A stretch of 64,000 nt of DNA from Paraspadella gotoi (Eukaryota; Animalia; Chaetognatha). The stretch is taken from assembly GCA_051294375.1 (NCBI GenBank), contig CM119268.1, positions 5,645,559 through 5,709,558 of the forward strand. The letters are read 5' to 3'. Below are positions 11,740-24,677 of the stretch, piece after piece; the first letter of the stretch is position 1; each line of letters starts with the position of its first letter. The notes beneath the pieces are model-generated. The model was not told the DNA's origin. It saw only the letters and a program-made list of their open reading frames with translations, and did not search any database. The position numbers were made by a program, and so were the translations under genes.

Positions 11740-12861
11740 CTCTCTATTTAAAAGTCTGAACAGAAAGAGGTGAGGGGATAATTTTTATGGGATAATTTTA
11801 TGATTCGTTACTAGTTGAGCGATAAGTTCAGCGATAGGTTGAGTGAATAGTTTCGATTTTCGATTCGCGAAATTTTTGAATTGGAAATTCCTTTGATGAG
11901 TTCGACGGAATGAAAATATCATGACTTCGACTCCGGAGAAAGAAAAGAATCTTACTCGTCATTTCTTTTCACATTTGATTATCGTTATATCATAAGAATC
12001 ATCATCGTATTTATCATCATCATCATCATTGTCGTCATAATCACATAAACGTCATCATCTTTCATCATCGTCATTGCCTCAATCATCATCATCATCACCA
12101 TCATAACCATCATCATCTTCTTTATCGTCGTCGTCGTCGTCGTCGTCACCGTATCGTTAAAAAAAATGGAAATGTGTTTTCTGAGGTTTATTTATACTCG
12201 CGAAAGAAAAAATAGAAAAAAACGGGAAAAAAAAGAAAAAAACAGAAAAAAAAAAACGTTTTAAAAGAAAAAAAAACCAACTCACCTTTTTTTTTCAAAT
12301 TTCCGGCAAATTTTAAAAAATTTTTTTTTCTGTTTTTGTTTTTTTAATTTTTGTTCGTTTTCTTTTTTTAGCCAAACTTTTTCTTCTTCTAACGTAACTT
12401 TTGTTAAGATGAAGATGCTTCGCTTTATACTTTTCATGATTTATTCATTTATTGTTTTTTTTAGTTATTAAGTTGTTTTTTTTTATATTTTTGTTTTTTA
12501 TCATCGGTTTTCTTATGTCGCCTCCGTGGACTGTCGGAAAGAAAAAAAAAATGTTTTTGTTTTGTGAACTGAAATATACAGAAATCACGAGAAATGTATT
12601 GGGGTGTGTGACGAGATTTCGTTCGTTCGTTCGTTCGTTCGTTCGTTCGTTCGTTCGTTCGTTCGTTTCGTTCGTTCGTTCGTTCGTTCGTTCGTTTCGG
12701 TCGTTCGTCGGTCGGTCGTTCGTTCGTTCGTTCGTTCGTTCGTTCGTTCGATCGATCTATCGTTCGCTTGTTGGTTTTCTTTTTCTGTTTCTTCCTTCCA
12801 ACCTACGTTTGGTCGGTCAGTCGGTCGGCCGATCGGATGGAAAAAATGACTCAAGGCTTTA

Positions 12862-12892
<31 letters not shown>

Positions 12893-12895
12893 TAT

Positions 12896-12948
<53 letters not shown>

Positions 12949-15471
12949 TTAATAATAATAATAATAATAATAAAAATAATAATGAAGCAATAATAAAAGT
13001 CTGAATCATTACAAACAAAGGATATTTGAGATTTTCAGGTGCAACCCAGGCGTAACGGCAGTGGAGGTGCCACGCAGATGCCGAAACTCGCGAGGCGTTA
13101 GGTGCACTTCGAGTTGGCGCCAAAATTCGAAACTCGGACGTCAGAAAAGGTGGCGAAAATAGGGGGAAGGAGATGAGGGAAGAAGAAGAAGATTTACGAG
13201 GAAGGAGAGGAAGAAAGTAAAGGAAAAAGGTAGAAGAAGAAGAGAAAAAGAAGGAGAAAAAGCAAGTGAAAGAGAAAAATATAATTATATATTATAATTA
13301 TTTCATTGTCGGCGTAAAATTAGGCGTAAGTATTCTACTTATTATTGATAATGCTAAATTGAAATTCTGTGATAGGCCACCCCTAATTATAGAGTCGGAA
13401 TCTAAATTTAAGAAAAATAAAAAGTAAAACATGAAACAATTACAAATTAACCATTTAATTTCTCTATTCTCATTTACATCTTGTCGTATACCAACTAATC
13501 GCTAAATTTTTTATAAAAGTTAAAAATCTCTCGTTGAAACATGTAAACTGATCGATTGAATGCCGGCGAACTGACTTATCAATAAGCAAACATTCTCGAA
13601 ACACGGTCCTTTCATGTCCAAACTAATTGGACCAAAGGCTTGATAAGTATCCAAGTCAACCAAAATTTTGGGTGGGGCAGAAAGCTCTCTAGATAAAAAG
13701 AGAAACTTAACCTTCCAGAATCGGAAACCTGTGTCTCTGCGATGTTGCTCCTTAGTTCCTTACCTAGCTGACCTCCTTGCTGGGTTGAATAGCTGGGTAA
13801 TAAGACCAGCTCGGCTCTCGCCCGAATAGGTCAATGTAAGGAAAGCCCCCTCCAGAGATGCCGCGTTAATCTCTGCGCGATTGTTTCCCTTTTATTGTTA
13901 ATTACAATAAATAAAATAATATTCTTTGAAATATTATACCACTTCATTGATAGGGAAGCAAGGTTCACTGGGAGTGAATAATAAGACTGTGAGAGAGTCT
14001 TGATTGAAAGCTTGCAGAAACCTGCTTTGTTATTATCTTGTAAGTGTGATGGAGGCCTAAAACCACCAAAGCCTGTCCAAAGTCAGGGACAAGATAGCTT
14101 ATTTATTAAATGAATGGATAATTTTTATATTGGTTGTACCAATTTCATAATAATTTAATTAATAAATTAGTTAATTTGATCCGAAATGTTTGTTTTTAGG
14201 TCTTTTCGTCACTGATCACGACTAATTCAACGAAAAGGAGGAAGAAGAGGATAAAAATTTAAATTACAACAAAAAATGAGGCATTTTAATTATTATGATT
14301 ACGATAATGATATAATGATAAAAATGATGATGTAGATTATGATATCGATGATGATGATGATGATGATGTTAATGACACAAACGTCTCTGTTTTATGCCCT
14401 CATCTATGAACTTTTGAGCTCCACATTCTTCTTGATCCAAACGAAGCGATAAACCAGAAACATGTGTCGATTTTTGGAAAGAAAAATGACGACGACGATG
14501 ATGAAGATGACAGTGAGGAGAAAGATGACAGCGACGATGATGATAATAACGACGATGACGCTGACGACGAGATGACATCAATTATGACCGAATGATGACT
14601 GGTATAGATTGAACCTTAAAACATTAGGAAAGATAATGATGACAACAATGATGTTGTTGATGATAATTTTTGTAGAAATAAAACGTCATTGACGAGATAA
14701 GATATGGATGATGACAAAGATGATGACGCTGATGACACTGATGATGATGATGATGATGATGATGATGCTGACGATGATGATGATGATGACGACGACGACA
14801 GAAATAAGAAGAAAAAATATTTTGTGGGCGAAAAAATTTTGTTTTGCGATGAAGATAATTTCAAGACAGAAGAGACGACGACGACGNNNNNNNNNNCGAC
14901 GACGACGGGGAAAAAGTCAATCCGCCACAATCCCAAACCCTAGTAGACGATGACGAAGACGACGACGACGAAGATGACGACGAACGAATCAGACAAATTT
15001 GTTTCTATGAAAATGTGCGACAATAAACGACAACGACGGTTATGACGACGACGACAACGACGATGACGATGGAGGCAGACAAATTTAGAGCCGAAATTAA
15101 AGCAAAAAAGAAAATTGAAGAAAAGATCAAAAATGAAAAAAAAATTTTGTCAACACCAAAGCAGAAAAGAAGCGGATTTTGGAATTTGGATTTTTTTTTT
15201 TTTGGTTTTTCTTTCGATATTATTTCCTTGGTTTTTCTCAAGAGATTCGCCTTTGTTTGTCTGTTTATCGTTTTCAGTTTATAACAAAACTCCGACATGT
15301 TTATATATGCATGGGTTTTCATTTTGAGTTTTGTCTTTGTCTATTTGTCTTAGTATTTGTATTCCTAATACATTGTTTATAATCAATTTATTCTCTCTCT
15401 CTCTCTCTCNNNNNNNNNNNNNNNNNNNNNNNNNCTCTCTCTTCTCATCTCTCTCTCTCTCTCCTCTCTCT

Positions 15472-15509
<38 letters not shown>

Positions 15510-15515
15510 CTTTCT

Positions 15516-15553
<38 letters not shown>

Positions 15554-15585
15554 CTCCTACTCTCTCTCTCTCTCTCTCTCTCTTG

Positions 15586-15650
<65 letters not shown>

Positions 15651-15925
15651 TCCCCAAAGAAAAGTCATGAGGCGATTTAAGGCGATCTCAACCAAAACAA
15701 AGCGAAAACGAAGGGAAAATTCGAAGCGATTCCGGGCACCAGATGAGAGAAAGAGGGAGAGGGGAGAGAGAGAGAGAGAGAGAAGAGAGAGAGGAGAGAC
15801 AGAGAGAGGAGGGAGAGAGAGAGAGAGTGAGAGGAAGGAGAGGGCGACGAAGGATTAAATCAATGTCACCCACGCTGACCGTGTGCAGAAGAGCGCGGGG
15901 AGTAAAGTAGTTCATCTGAGGAGAA

Positions 15926-16006
<81 letters not shown>

Positions 16007-16998
16007 GTCCGCGACTTCATGCTCTAATGGAGACAGAGCGTTAGACTAACTTTTGTGAGACCGAGAAAGGAGAAAATAGAAAAAAGCGCGAAAAAGTGTC
16101 ATTTACTTTTTTATGACATATTTCGATTATAACACTTAAAAACTTATTGAATTCCTATTTCTTAAGTTTGAGTTTTTTTCTTAAATCAATCTAAGTGTTA
16201 CAACTTTGTTCTGTTACAAACTCTAAAAATAAAATGTTTAGAAATTTTTATTTTTTCAAATCTCAAATTTTTATATGAACAAATGAAAAGAAAATTTAAA
16301 AAACAAAATGACATTGTATTGACAACACTAGATCGTATAAACGAATGATAGATAATTTGCATCTGATCTTATTACTATTTTTTTTTAAATTGACGACTTG
16401 GTTAAAACGAAGTCTAGATCTGGTTTTAACATTTTTAATTCGGATTTATGGGCGATGCGATATTTAACGAAGGGAAAGATTTGATTTAGCGAAAAAATCC
16501 AAATAATTGATTTATCTTTGATGATTCAGTTCGCCGATTGGTTGAGAGTTGATTGATTAGAAAAAGCCGTTTCGTGCGGAATTCGATTAAGTGACATAGG
16601 ATTTAACGAAGTTCGATTTTATAGACTCCATCGAATTTAACCGAAGTTATTTATGTGCCATCAATTTAACGAAGTTCGATCAAGGACGATGAAAGAGGAA
16701 CGAGAGCGAGGAGAAGAGGAAGAGATGAGGAGAGAAAGCCGAAAGAGAGAGATGAGGGAGAGAAGGAGGAGATGAGTAGAGAGAAGACGAGAGAGAGAAC
16801 GAGAGAGAGGAGAGAGAGAGATCAATTTCATCGGCGATCTATTACGTAACAATATAATAAACAATATTCTGTTCCGACAAACAATCATCGAAAGCCGCGA
16901 ATAGCGATTAACCAGGAAGTTCGGAATTTCGCGCGAAGCGGAAAAAGAGCGCGGCGAGGCATTTTTCCTCCCGTTTTCGCGTCTTCTCTCTCTCCATG

Positions 16999-17037
<39 letters not shown>

Positions 17038-17894
17038 TCTCCTCTTCTCGTTCTTGGGTTCTCGCGCGCCGACCGAATTGGCGCGCGGGTTAGCAGAATA
17101 GAAGACGTACTATGGAAAGCAGGGAAGGATCGAGAGGAATGTAACATTGTTTCAATTTCTACATTTTAGTATATCAGACTACTGAGGACTTTAGTTGGAC
17201 CAGCTTTTAAAAATTTGAAGTCTCTCACTCAGCCTTTTGTTTTAATTTGTTTGTTTCACCTTGTCCTGTTCCTCCGTCCGTCTGTTTTTCAGTCCCGTTT
17301 GTCCGTCTGTTCAATTAACACGATTCTGACTGAATAAATATAAGATCTCTCTTAATGTAAATTGTTGTCGTTACGTCGTCGTCGTCGCCCTCGCTCGTCG
17401 CCCTCTTACTATTGGCCATCAGGTCATCACAGTCTCCTCGGCCCAAATTCTTTACTCAAAATTTCTAACCCAGACCTTTTGTCACTTCTCCCTTGACCCG
17501 CAGAACCCTCTTGCCGGGATGTCTCCCCATAATCTCCCTCGACCGTCCAAACTGGATTCTTCTAAAATACTACATCAGAGAGTAGTGCCAACGAAAAACT
17601 CTCTCCTCTGTTAAATTGGTAAAGATTTTTTAAATTTTTTAAGATTAAAAATTAAAGATTAAGATTAAAGATAGATAAAGATTTTAAAGATTTTTTAAGT
17701 TAAAGCTTGTGAACATCTATCAATTTGAAAGTTTATGTCTTTTACTTTTTCGTCTCTCTTTCCTTTTTATCGAGCCTTGACCGGCTGAAGCCGGGTTCAG
17801 GCTCTTATATTTTAGGGTTGTTCTTTGTCGTCGTTGTCGTCGCTCGTCGTCGTCGTCTTTCGTCGTCGTCGCTGTCGTCGTCGTCGTTCGGTCA

Positions 17895-17925
<31 letters not shown>

Positions 17926-18024
17926 GTTCGTCGTCGTCGTCGTTTCGTCGTCAGTCGCGTCGTCATCGTCGTCGTCGTCGTTCGTCGTTCGTCGTTGCGT
18001 CGTTCGTCGCTCGTCGTTCGTCGT

Positions 18025-18080
<56 letters not shown>

Positions 18081-18519
18081 TCGTCGTTCTCCGTCACGCT
18101 GTTTTTCATATATAAAAACTACTACGCTTTTATGTAGGTTTGGCTGCTGACTTACCGTTTTTTTCTTTTAAATAAAAATTATTATGAATTCATGATAAAG
18201 TTTTACAAAAGTGTGCGATCATAGTAATTAAAATTTAGATATGGCTTTTCATCTTGAAATTAGCTGTGATTATTTTCATATTGACCATTTGGATTTAGAG
18301 TATTTTTGTTTCCCGGAATTTCCACTTCATTATGATTTACGTGCAATGATAGTGCATAATTGAACGATGGGTAATAGTTTCTCATTTGATTATATCCAAA
18401 GCATTAGTGAGAATATAGAAATGCTTTAATCTAATTTACATATTGCAGTATATAATATTGAATGATGATAATCGAAAAAATAATATTGTTATAAATTTTA
18501 TTAAAGATGGATCTCTCTC

Positions 18520-18521
<2 letters not shown>
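11545..18521 (-). repeat. Inverted arm A', copy 1, plus about 420 bp of the start of block B
   Basis: Reverse complement of 1-6552. Contains a 10-N gap (14887-14896) and a 25-N gap (15410-15434); noisier from about 16000 to 17800. Confidence 0.93.
17772..18510 (-). mobile_element. Putative Helentron-associated (HINE/DINE-1/pearl-like) non-autonomous element end
   Basis: On the minus strand the order is AT-rich body, (GAC)n microsatellite, short spacer, strong hairpin, then A-run (gataaaaa). This matches the described HINE layout. SubTIRs were not identified. Confidence 0.4.
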
Positions 18522-18559
<38 letters not shown>

Positions 18560-19205
18560 CGCGACTTCATGCTCTAATGGAGACAGAGCGTTAGACTAAC
18601 TGTGTGAGACCGAGAAAGGGAGAAATAGAAAAAAGCGAAAAGTGTCATTTACTTTTTTATGACATATTTCGTAATATAACACTTAAAAACTATTGAATTC
18701 CTATTTCTTAAGTTTGAGTTTTTTTCTTAAATCAATCTAAGTGTTACAACTTTGTTTCTGTACAAACTCTTAAAAATAAAATTGTTTAGAAATTTTTATT
18801 TTTTAAATCTCAAATTTTTTTTAATGAACAAATGAAAAGAAAATTAAAAAACAAAATGACACTTGTATTGACAACACTAGATCGTATAAACGAATTGATA
18901 GATAATTTGCATCTGATCTTATACTATTTTTTTTTTAAATTGACGGACTTGGTTAAAACGAAGCTAGATCTGGTTTTAACATTTTAATCGGATTTATGGG
19001 CGATGCGATTTAACGAAGGAAAAGATTGATTTAGCGAAAAATCAATAAATTGATTTATCTTTGATTGATTCAGTCGCGATTGGTTGAGAGTTGATTGATT
19101 AGAAAAAGCCGTTTCGTGGGATTCGATTAAGTGACATAGGATTTAACGAAGTTCGATTTAGATGCCATCGATTTAACGAAGTTCTATTTAGTTGCCATCG
19201 ATTTA
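18522..19205 (-). repeat. Partial inverted arm copy (matches arm A at about 1340-2130)
   Basis: 'gtttgtcgcgacttcatgctctaatgg' through the 30-bp repeats; joins single-copy DNA at about 19206. Confidence 0.88.
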
Positions 19206-19485
19206 GTCCTCAAATCTCTCGCTCGGGGATGAAAATCCCCGTGGATGCGGTCGATCAAAGAAGCGTTTGGGCCATTTTCATGTCTCGTTTCGAATAGTTT
19301 GCAGTTAGTATACACAGACTAAAGAAACGATTCCTTCAAACTAAAGCTATCCTGTCACAATATCGTTGCCACAGATCGTGATTCACCAATCAAACGGCTC
19401 CAAACCTATTTTAAAACAAATGTTGAGTGTCTGGTGGTCCGCTATCACCAACAGATGGATTAAGCGGTGATTGCTTTCGCGGAGC

Positions 19486-19752
19486 GCCGTCAGTGGCTCA
19501 AGTGGACATAGGTTGCACCATCCCGAATGTGGCGTCCCTGGTTCGAGCCCTGGAGGTTGTGCAATGTAAAAGTGGGAATGGGACCGGGTACGCCGCCTGT
19601 AGGCATGGGCGCTACTGCCAAGAATTCCAGAAGTCGTTGGAGCTACATGAACATGCTGTCCGCTGTGACACGAGTGAACCGGCTGCGGGTGTGGCGCCCT
19701 GTAAAACCAGCCTTCAAGTGAAGCCAAAGTCCGAATCACCATCCCAAATAAC
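19486..19752 (+). mobile_element. tRNA-derived SINE-like element (Pol III head plus GC-rich body)
   Basis: A box TGGCTCAAGTGG (19494-19505) and B box GGTTCGAGCCC (19540-19550) at tRNA spacing. Acceptor and anticodon stems pair poorly. About 200 bp of GC-rich body follows; the 3' end is approximate. Confidence 0.6.
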
Positions 19753-20144
19753 GATTCCCTTTTTCTTTTTTTTATCTCTTTAACGAATCAATCAACCTTT
19801 GAGATCTCCCCGTTCTCCGTTTCTTACCCACCCGGTGACCACCTCCTAACCCACCCTCCTAACTCCTGACCACACCTAACATTCCATCCAATCCCGTCCA
19901 ATTTCCCATCCGCCCCCATAAATGACCAGCGTCCCAACCAAGCCAACCCATCCCATCTATTCCTCTTTTGGAAAGCGGGTCTCGATCACGCAGCTTCGTC
20001 GCCAAAAATGCGATGCCTTCATAAACCATTTCCTCATCCCATGACCATCAACATGATGGCGCTGTCTCCGGCTCGCTTCTTAATCTTTCACTCTGCCGTT
20101 CTCTCTCTCTCTCTCTCTCATCTCTCTCATCTCTTCTCTCTCTC

Positions 20145-20175
<31 letters not shown>

Positions 20176-20316
20176 TCTTCTCTCTCTTCTCTTCTTAACT
20201 CCGAGCAAACAGGGCAAAAAGGTGGTCCGGCACCATCCAAGGAAAATAACGAAAAGAATAGTTCTTGATCGGATTCAGTCATTTATGCAATTCCGTTCTT
20301 ATCCATTTTTGATAAT

Positions 20317-20552
20317 TCGGCCATATTATAACAAAACAGCCTCGTTTCAAGTGTTATAATTCAGGTTTAAAATGAATGTCAGCAAGGTCTCGGTATAGGT
20401 GAGTGGATGGAGGTTAAAGGATTATATTTAATATTAGGGTTAAGCATTCGGATTAGAAATGAGGAAAACAATTATAATTGAATTTTAAAGTTAGATTTCA
20501 GTTTAGGGATTAAAGGAAAGGAAATGGGGCGCTTTTCGAAAAATAGTACCGA
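20317..20552. mobile_element. Degenerate MITE-like element with a TTAGGG-like hexamer core
   Basis: Imperfect terminal inverted repeats (21/32 by eye): TCGGCCATATTATAACAAAACAGCCTCGTTTC and GAAATGGGGCGCTTTTCGAAAAATAGTACCGA. Core contains 'ggttaa', 'ttagggttaa' and 'tttaggg'. Related to 63315-63573. Confidence 0.4.
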
Positions 20553-20839
20553 TATCTCAGTATTCGTTTGTTGTTGACGTCATAATTCAATCGAGCGTCA
20601 TTTTCCAAGCCGTATTTCAATGCTAAAATAATTTAATTTTATACTGAATTTCATCATGATTCAATTTTCGACATCCGATCGTTTGCTTTTTTCCGCCAAA
20701 AAGAGATCTGTCCTCGGTTCATTATTTGAGAATAAATAAAAATTATGCGGTTAAAGTTTATGTCGATCGACTTTTTTAATTTTATCGGAACTGTGGATGC
20801 CACGGAGAACGGCCTCGGTCGAGCCGGAGTCTCAACATT

Positions 20840-23195
20840 ATTGTATCACACTTTATCACGCATAATCTCATAATAATTCTGTATTTTTATAAAAATAAAA
20901 ATACTGTTTTGTATATATGCGTTCTCTCAACATGTCTAATATCTCTTTTCTATATTTAAATCGTAGTTAGTTTTTATATTTTAATTTTCGAACAATCGCA
21001 GTCAGTTTGACACGCGCACGCACACACTCGTATCGTTACGAGCACGACGAGAACAAAGAAGCAACCCTTAAACATTATAGAGCCTGACCGCGTGCCTGCT
21101 TCGGTATATCCGGCTCTCTGTATATATTATAGAGTATATTATGATAGAGTACTCTGAAATAGAGGTGCGAGGAGAAGAGCTGATATAAATTCTCTTCATA
21201 TATTGGATATAATGTTATCACTTCGATCGAATCGCTCCTTTCATATATCTACTTCTAAAGAGAGATTTCTATTCGGAAAACTCTTGAGACGCTCTATTAA
21301 TGCACATGGGGTAATGTTATATCTCTAGAGTGGTTTACACTCTCTAATAAGGACTGCTATGTGAAAGAATATCTTTACCAAATCTTTAACAGTAATCCTG
21401 CTCTCGGTGACGTCATCCGTTTTGTTCGTTCTTGGCTATACACTTCCCCTTTCCGATGTAAGTTCTCTCTCTATCTCTAAGCAATCTATCTTGGATCTGC
21501 GTTGCATGTGCAGTATTCTCTAAGCGATGATAGAGAGAGACACTGCCCAGGAAAATTCGGTCGTTCACAGTGGCATGTGGGCAATAGTTGGGTCTCGCTG
21601 GCGGTCAAAGGCGAGAGTTATGTTCTCGAGCATAAAGGGTCTTCTTCCGCCGATTTTGAAATTTGGAGTCTAAGCATTTGGAGATTCCGATGCCCGTGTA
21701 TTGCATGCAGAGTCGCGATTTGACTCTCGCATAAGACCGAATTGAAGTGAAGACGCTGAGGAGCAGATCTCGGAGAGCAGACGGCGAGAACTGAGACAGT
21801 ATCTGACGACGACACAATACATAATATCATTATGTTAAGAGTTAGGTATTACTTTAATTTTAGTTCAAGTCAGCATGAAGTCTGAGTAGTTTGACATCTA
21901 GACTTCGAAACCAGCCACTTAGAACTTGAATATTATGATTATATATATATAACATGTCAGAGCGGGTCACTTGGAGTATGGAATCACAGAAGAAGAGACA
22001 TATGAAGGCGATTAGACAACAAAATATTTAAAACATAAAGAAGGGCATGATGTGCGATGGAGAGCACTATCAAATGATCTTAATAATATACTTGTTACCT
22101 GTTTATTACTCTCCTTTGGTCTGGTCTCAATATATTTATGATTTTAAATAAAAATCAGGCTATTAAAAATTTTGTACCACACATCGATGTGATCAATTCT
22201 CCTTCTTCTCTTACTTCTTTTGACCTGTTATAACATTTAATATCCACTTCTTCCCCTAAATTTTCTTTTCCTAGCCTCCGGTGCTGAAGTCCTTTCATCG
22301 AAAACTCACCGCGGCCGCAGACCCTTCCAGTGTCCACAGAGAGCAGGAGGAGAGAGTATGATAGGATAAGATGAGAGAGTAAGAGACGAGAGAGATGGGA
22401 GTATGTATGAGGAAGGCACGACGACGAGACACACAGAGAGGAGAGGAAAATGCATCCAGCAACAAGCTTCAAATATTTTAACACCAGAGAGTATTTTCAA
22501 GAGGAGCACAGAGCAGGAAGATCTCCTCATACACGACTCTTCCTCGGTGTTAAGACGGACACGGTAAGTTAAATAAATTTCTCGTCGGTTGTCAGAGATA
22601 AATATATTATGTTTGTGGAGTACTCACTCTACGCCACTGATTTTCTCTATTACTTCTGAGAGTGCTTGCCATAATATTGAGATTCAGCCGATTCACTTGG
22701 ATACAGTCGCAAGTAAAGTCAAATTCATATCTCGCGGTACATGGACGAACGATTCACTGTACACATACAATGCTCCCACATCTCGTATCTCTCCTCTCTC
22801 ATCTATGCATCTCTTCATTCTACATCTATATTTAAAGTATTTTTGATGTCTCATAATTCTCTCAGTGCTCTCCCGTGGCTGCAAATTCTCTCATTTCTCT
22901 CTCCTCTAATCCCCTCAGCTCTCTCCTCTTTCTCTCTACCTCTTCTCTCGTCTCTCTCTCTCTTTCTTCTCTTTCTTCTCTCTTCCTTTCTCTATCTCTT
23001 CCTCTCTTCCTATCTTATCTTCCTCCTTCTCCTCTCTCTCTTCTCTCCTGCTTCTCTCTCTCCTCTCTCTCTCTCTCTCATTCCTCTCTCTCTCAGATGT
23101 CCTGCTCGTCTCTCTTCTCTCTCTCTCTCTACTTCCTCTCTTCCTCTCTCTCGTCCCCTTACCGCTTTTGATTCGAACTTACGACTGTTAAAGAG
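20840..23195 (+). repeat. Very degraded, insertion-inflated copy of the outer ~1.5 kb of arm A
   Basis: Anchors occur in the same order as arm A 215-1370 ('aagaagcaacccttaaacattatagagcctgaccg', 'accaaatctttaacag', 'tttagttcaagtcag', 'tttatgatttt') but span almost twice the length. Ends at a 25-N gap. Confidence 0.75.
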
Positions 23196-23220
23196 NNNNN
23201 NNNNNNNNNNNNNNNNNNNN

Positions 23221-23278
<58 letters not shown>

Positions 23279-23450
23279 GGAGAGAGAGAGAGAAGGACGC
23301 CGAAAAGGAGGAAAATCCTCCCGCGCTTCTTTTCCAGCTTTCGCGCGAATTCTCGACTTCCGGTTTATCGCGATTCGCGGCTTCGATAGATTTTGTCGGA
23401 GACAGAATATTTTTATTATTTGTCCGTAAATAGATCGCCGATGAATTGAT

Positions 23451-23492
<42 letters not shown>

Positions 23493-24212
23493 TCTCTCTC
23501 TCTCTCTCTCTCTCTTCTTCTCTCTCTCTCTCCGTTCCCCTTGCATCGAACTTCGTTAAATCGATGGCAACATAAATAGAACTTCGTTAAATCGATGGCA
23601 TCTAATCGAACTTCGTTAAATCCTATGTCACTTAATCGAATCCACGAAACGGCTTTTTCTAATCAATCACACTCTCAACCAATCGCGACTGAATCAATCA
23701 AAGATAAATCAAATTTATTGATTTTTCGCTAAATCATCTTTTCCTTCGTTAAATCGCATCGCCCATAAATCCGATTTAAAATGTTTAAAACCAGATCTAG
23801 CTTCGTTTTAACCAAGTCCGTCAATTTAAAAAAAAAATAGTTTATAAGATCAGATGCAAATTATCTATCAATTCGTTTATACGATCTAGTGTTGTCAATA
23901 CAAGTGTCATTTTGTTTTTTATTTTCTTTCATTTTGTTCATTAAAAAAAAATTTGAGATTTAAAAAAATAAAATTTCTAAACAATTTATTTTTAAGAGTT
24001 TTGTACAGAAAACAAAGTTGTAAACACTTAGATTGATTTAAGAAAAAAAGCTCAAAATTAAGAATAAGGAATTCAATAGTTTTTAAGTGTTATATTACGA
24101 AATATTGTCATAAAAAAGTAAATGACACTTTTTCGCTTTTTTCTATTTCTCCCTTTCTCGGTCTCACACAGTTAGTCTAACGCTCTGTTCTCCATTAGAG
24201 CATGAAGTCGCG

Positions 24213-24264
<52 letters not shown>

Positions 24265-24426
24265 CGCTCTCTTCTCCTCTCTCTCTTCTCTCTTTCTCTC
24301 TCTCGATGAACTACTTTAACTCCGCGCTCTCCGCACCCACGGTCAGCGTGGGTGACATTGATTTAACTCTTCGTCGCCCTCTCCCTTCCTTTCTCCCACT
24401 CCTCTCTCTTTTTCCTCTCTTCCTCT

Positions 24427-24464
<38 letters not shown>

Positions 24465-24576
24465 CCCTCTCCTCTCTTTTCTCATTTTGTGCCCGGAATC
24501 GCTTCGAATTTTCCCTTCGTTTTCGCTTTGGTTTTGGTTAGATTCGCCTTAAAATCGCCTCATGACTTTTTGGCGG

Positions 24577-24618
<42 letters not shown>

Positions 24619-24640
24619 AACAGAGAGAGATTTGAATGAG

Positions 24641-24677
<37 letters not shown>

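Noticed and set aside
18511-18520. PacBio SMRTbell adapter remnant (ATCTCTCTCT)
   Set aside because: Only 10 nt match in CT-rich DNA, and at 41021 these bases are explained by the adjoining arm copy.
19486-19562. Functional tRNA gene
   Set aside because: Acceptor and anticodon stems do not pair; only the A/B boxes and T-arm remain.
23545-23640. CRISPR-like 30-bp repeats
   Set aside because: The units are head-to-tail with no unique spacers, there are no cas genes, and the context is eukaryotic.
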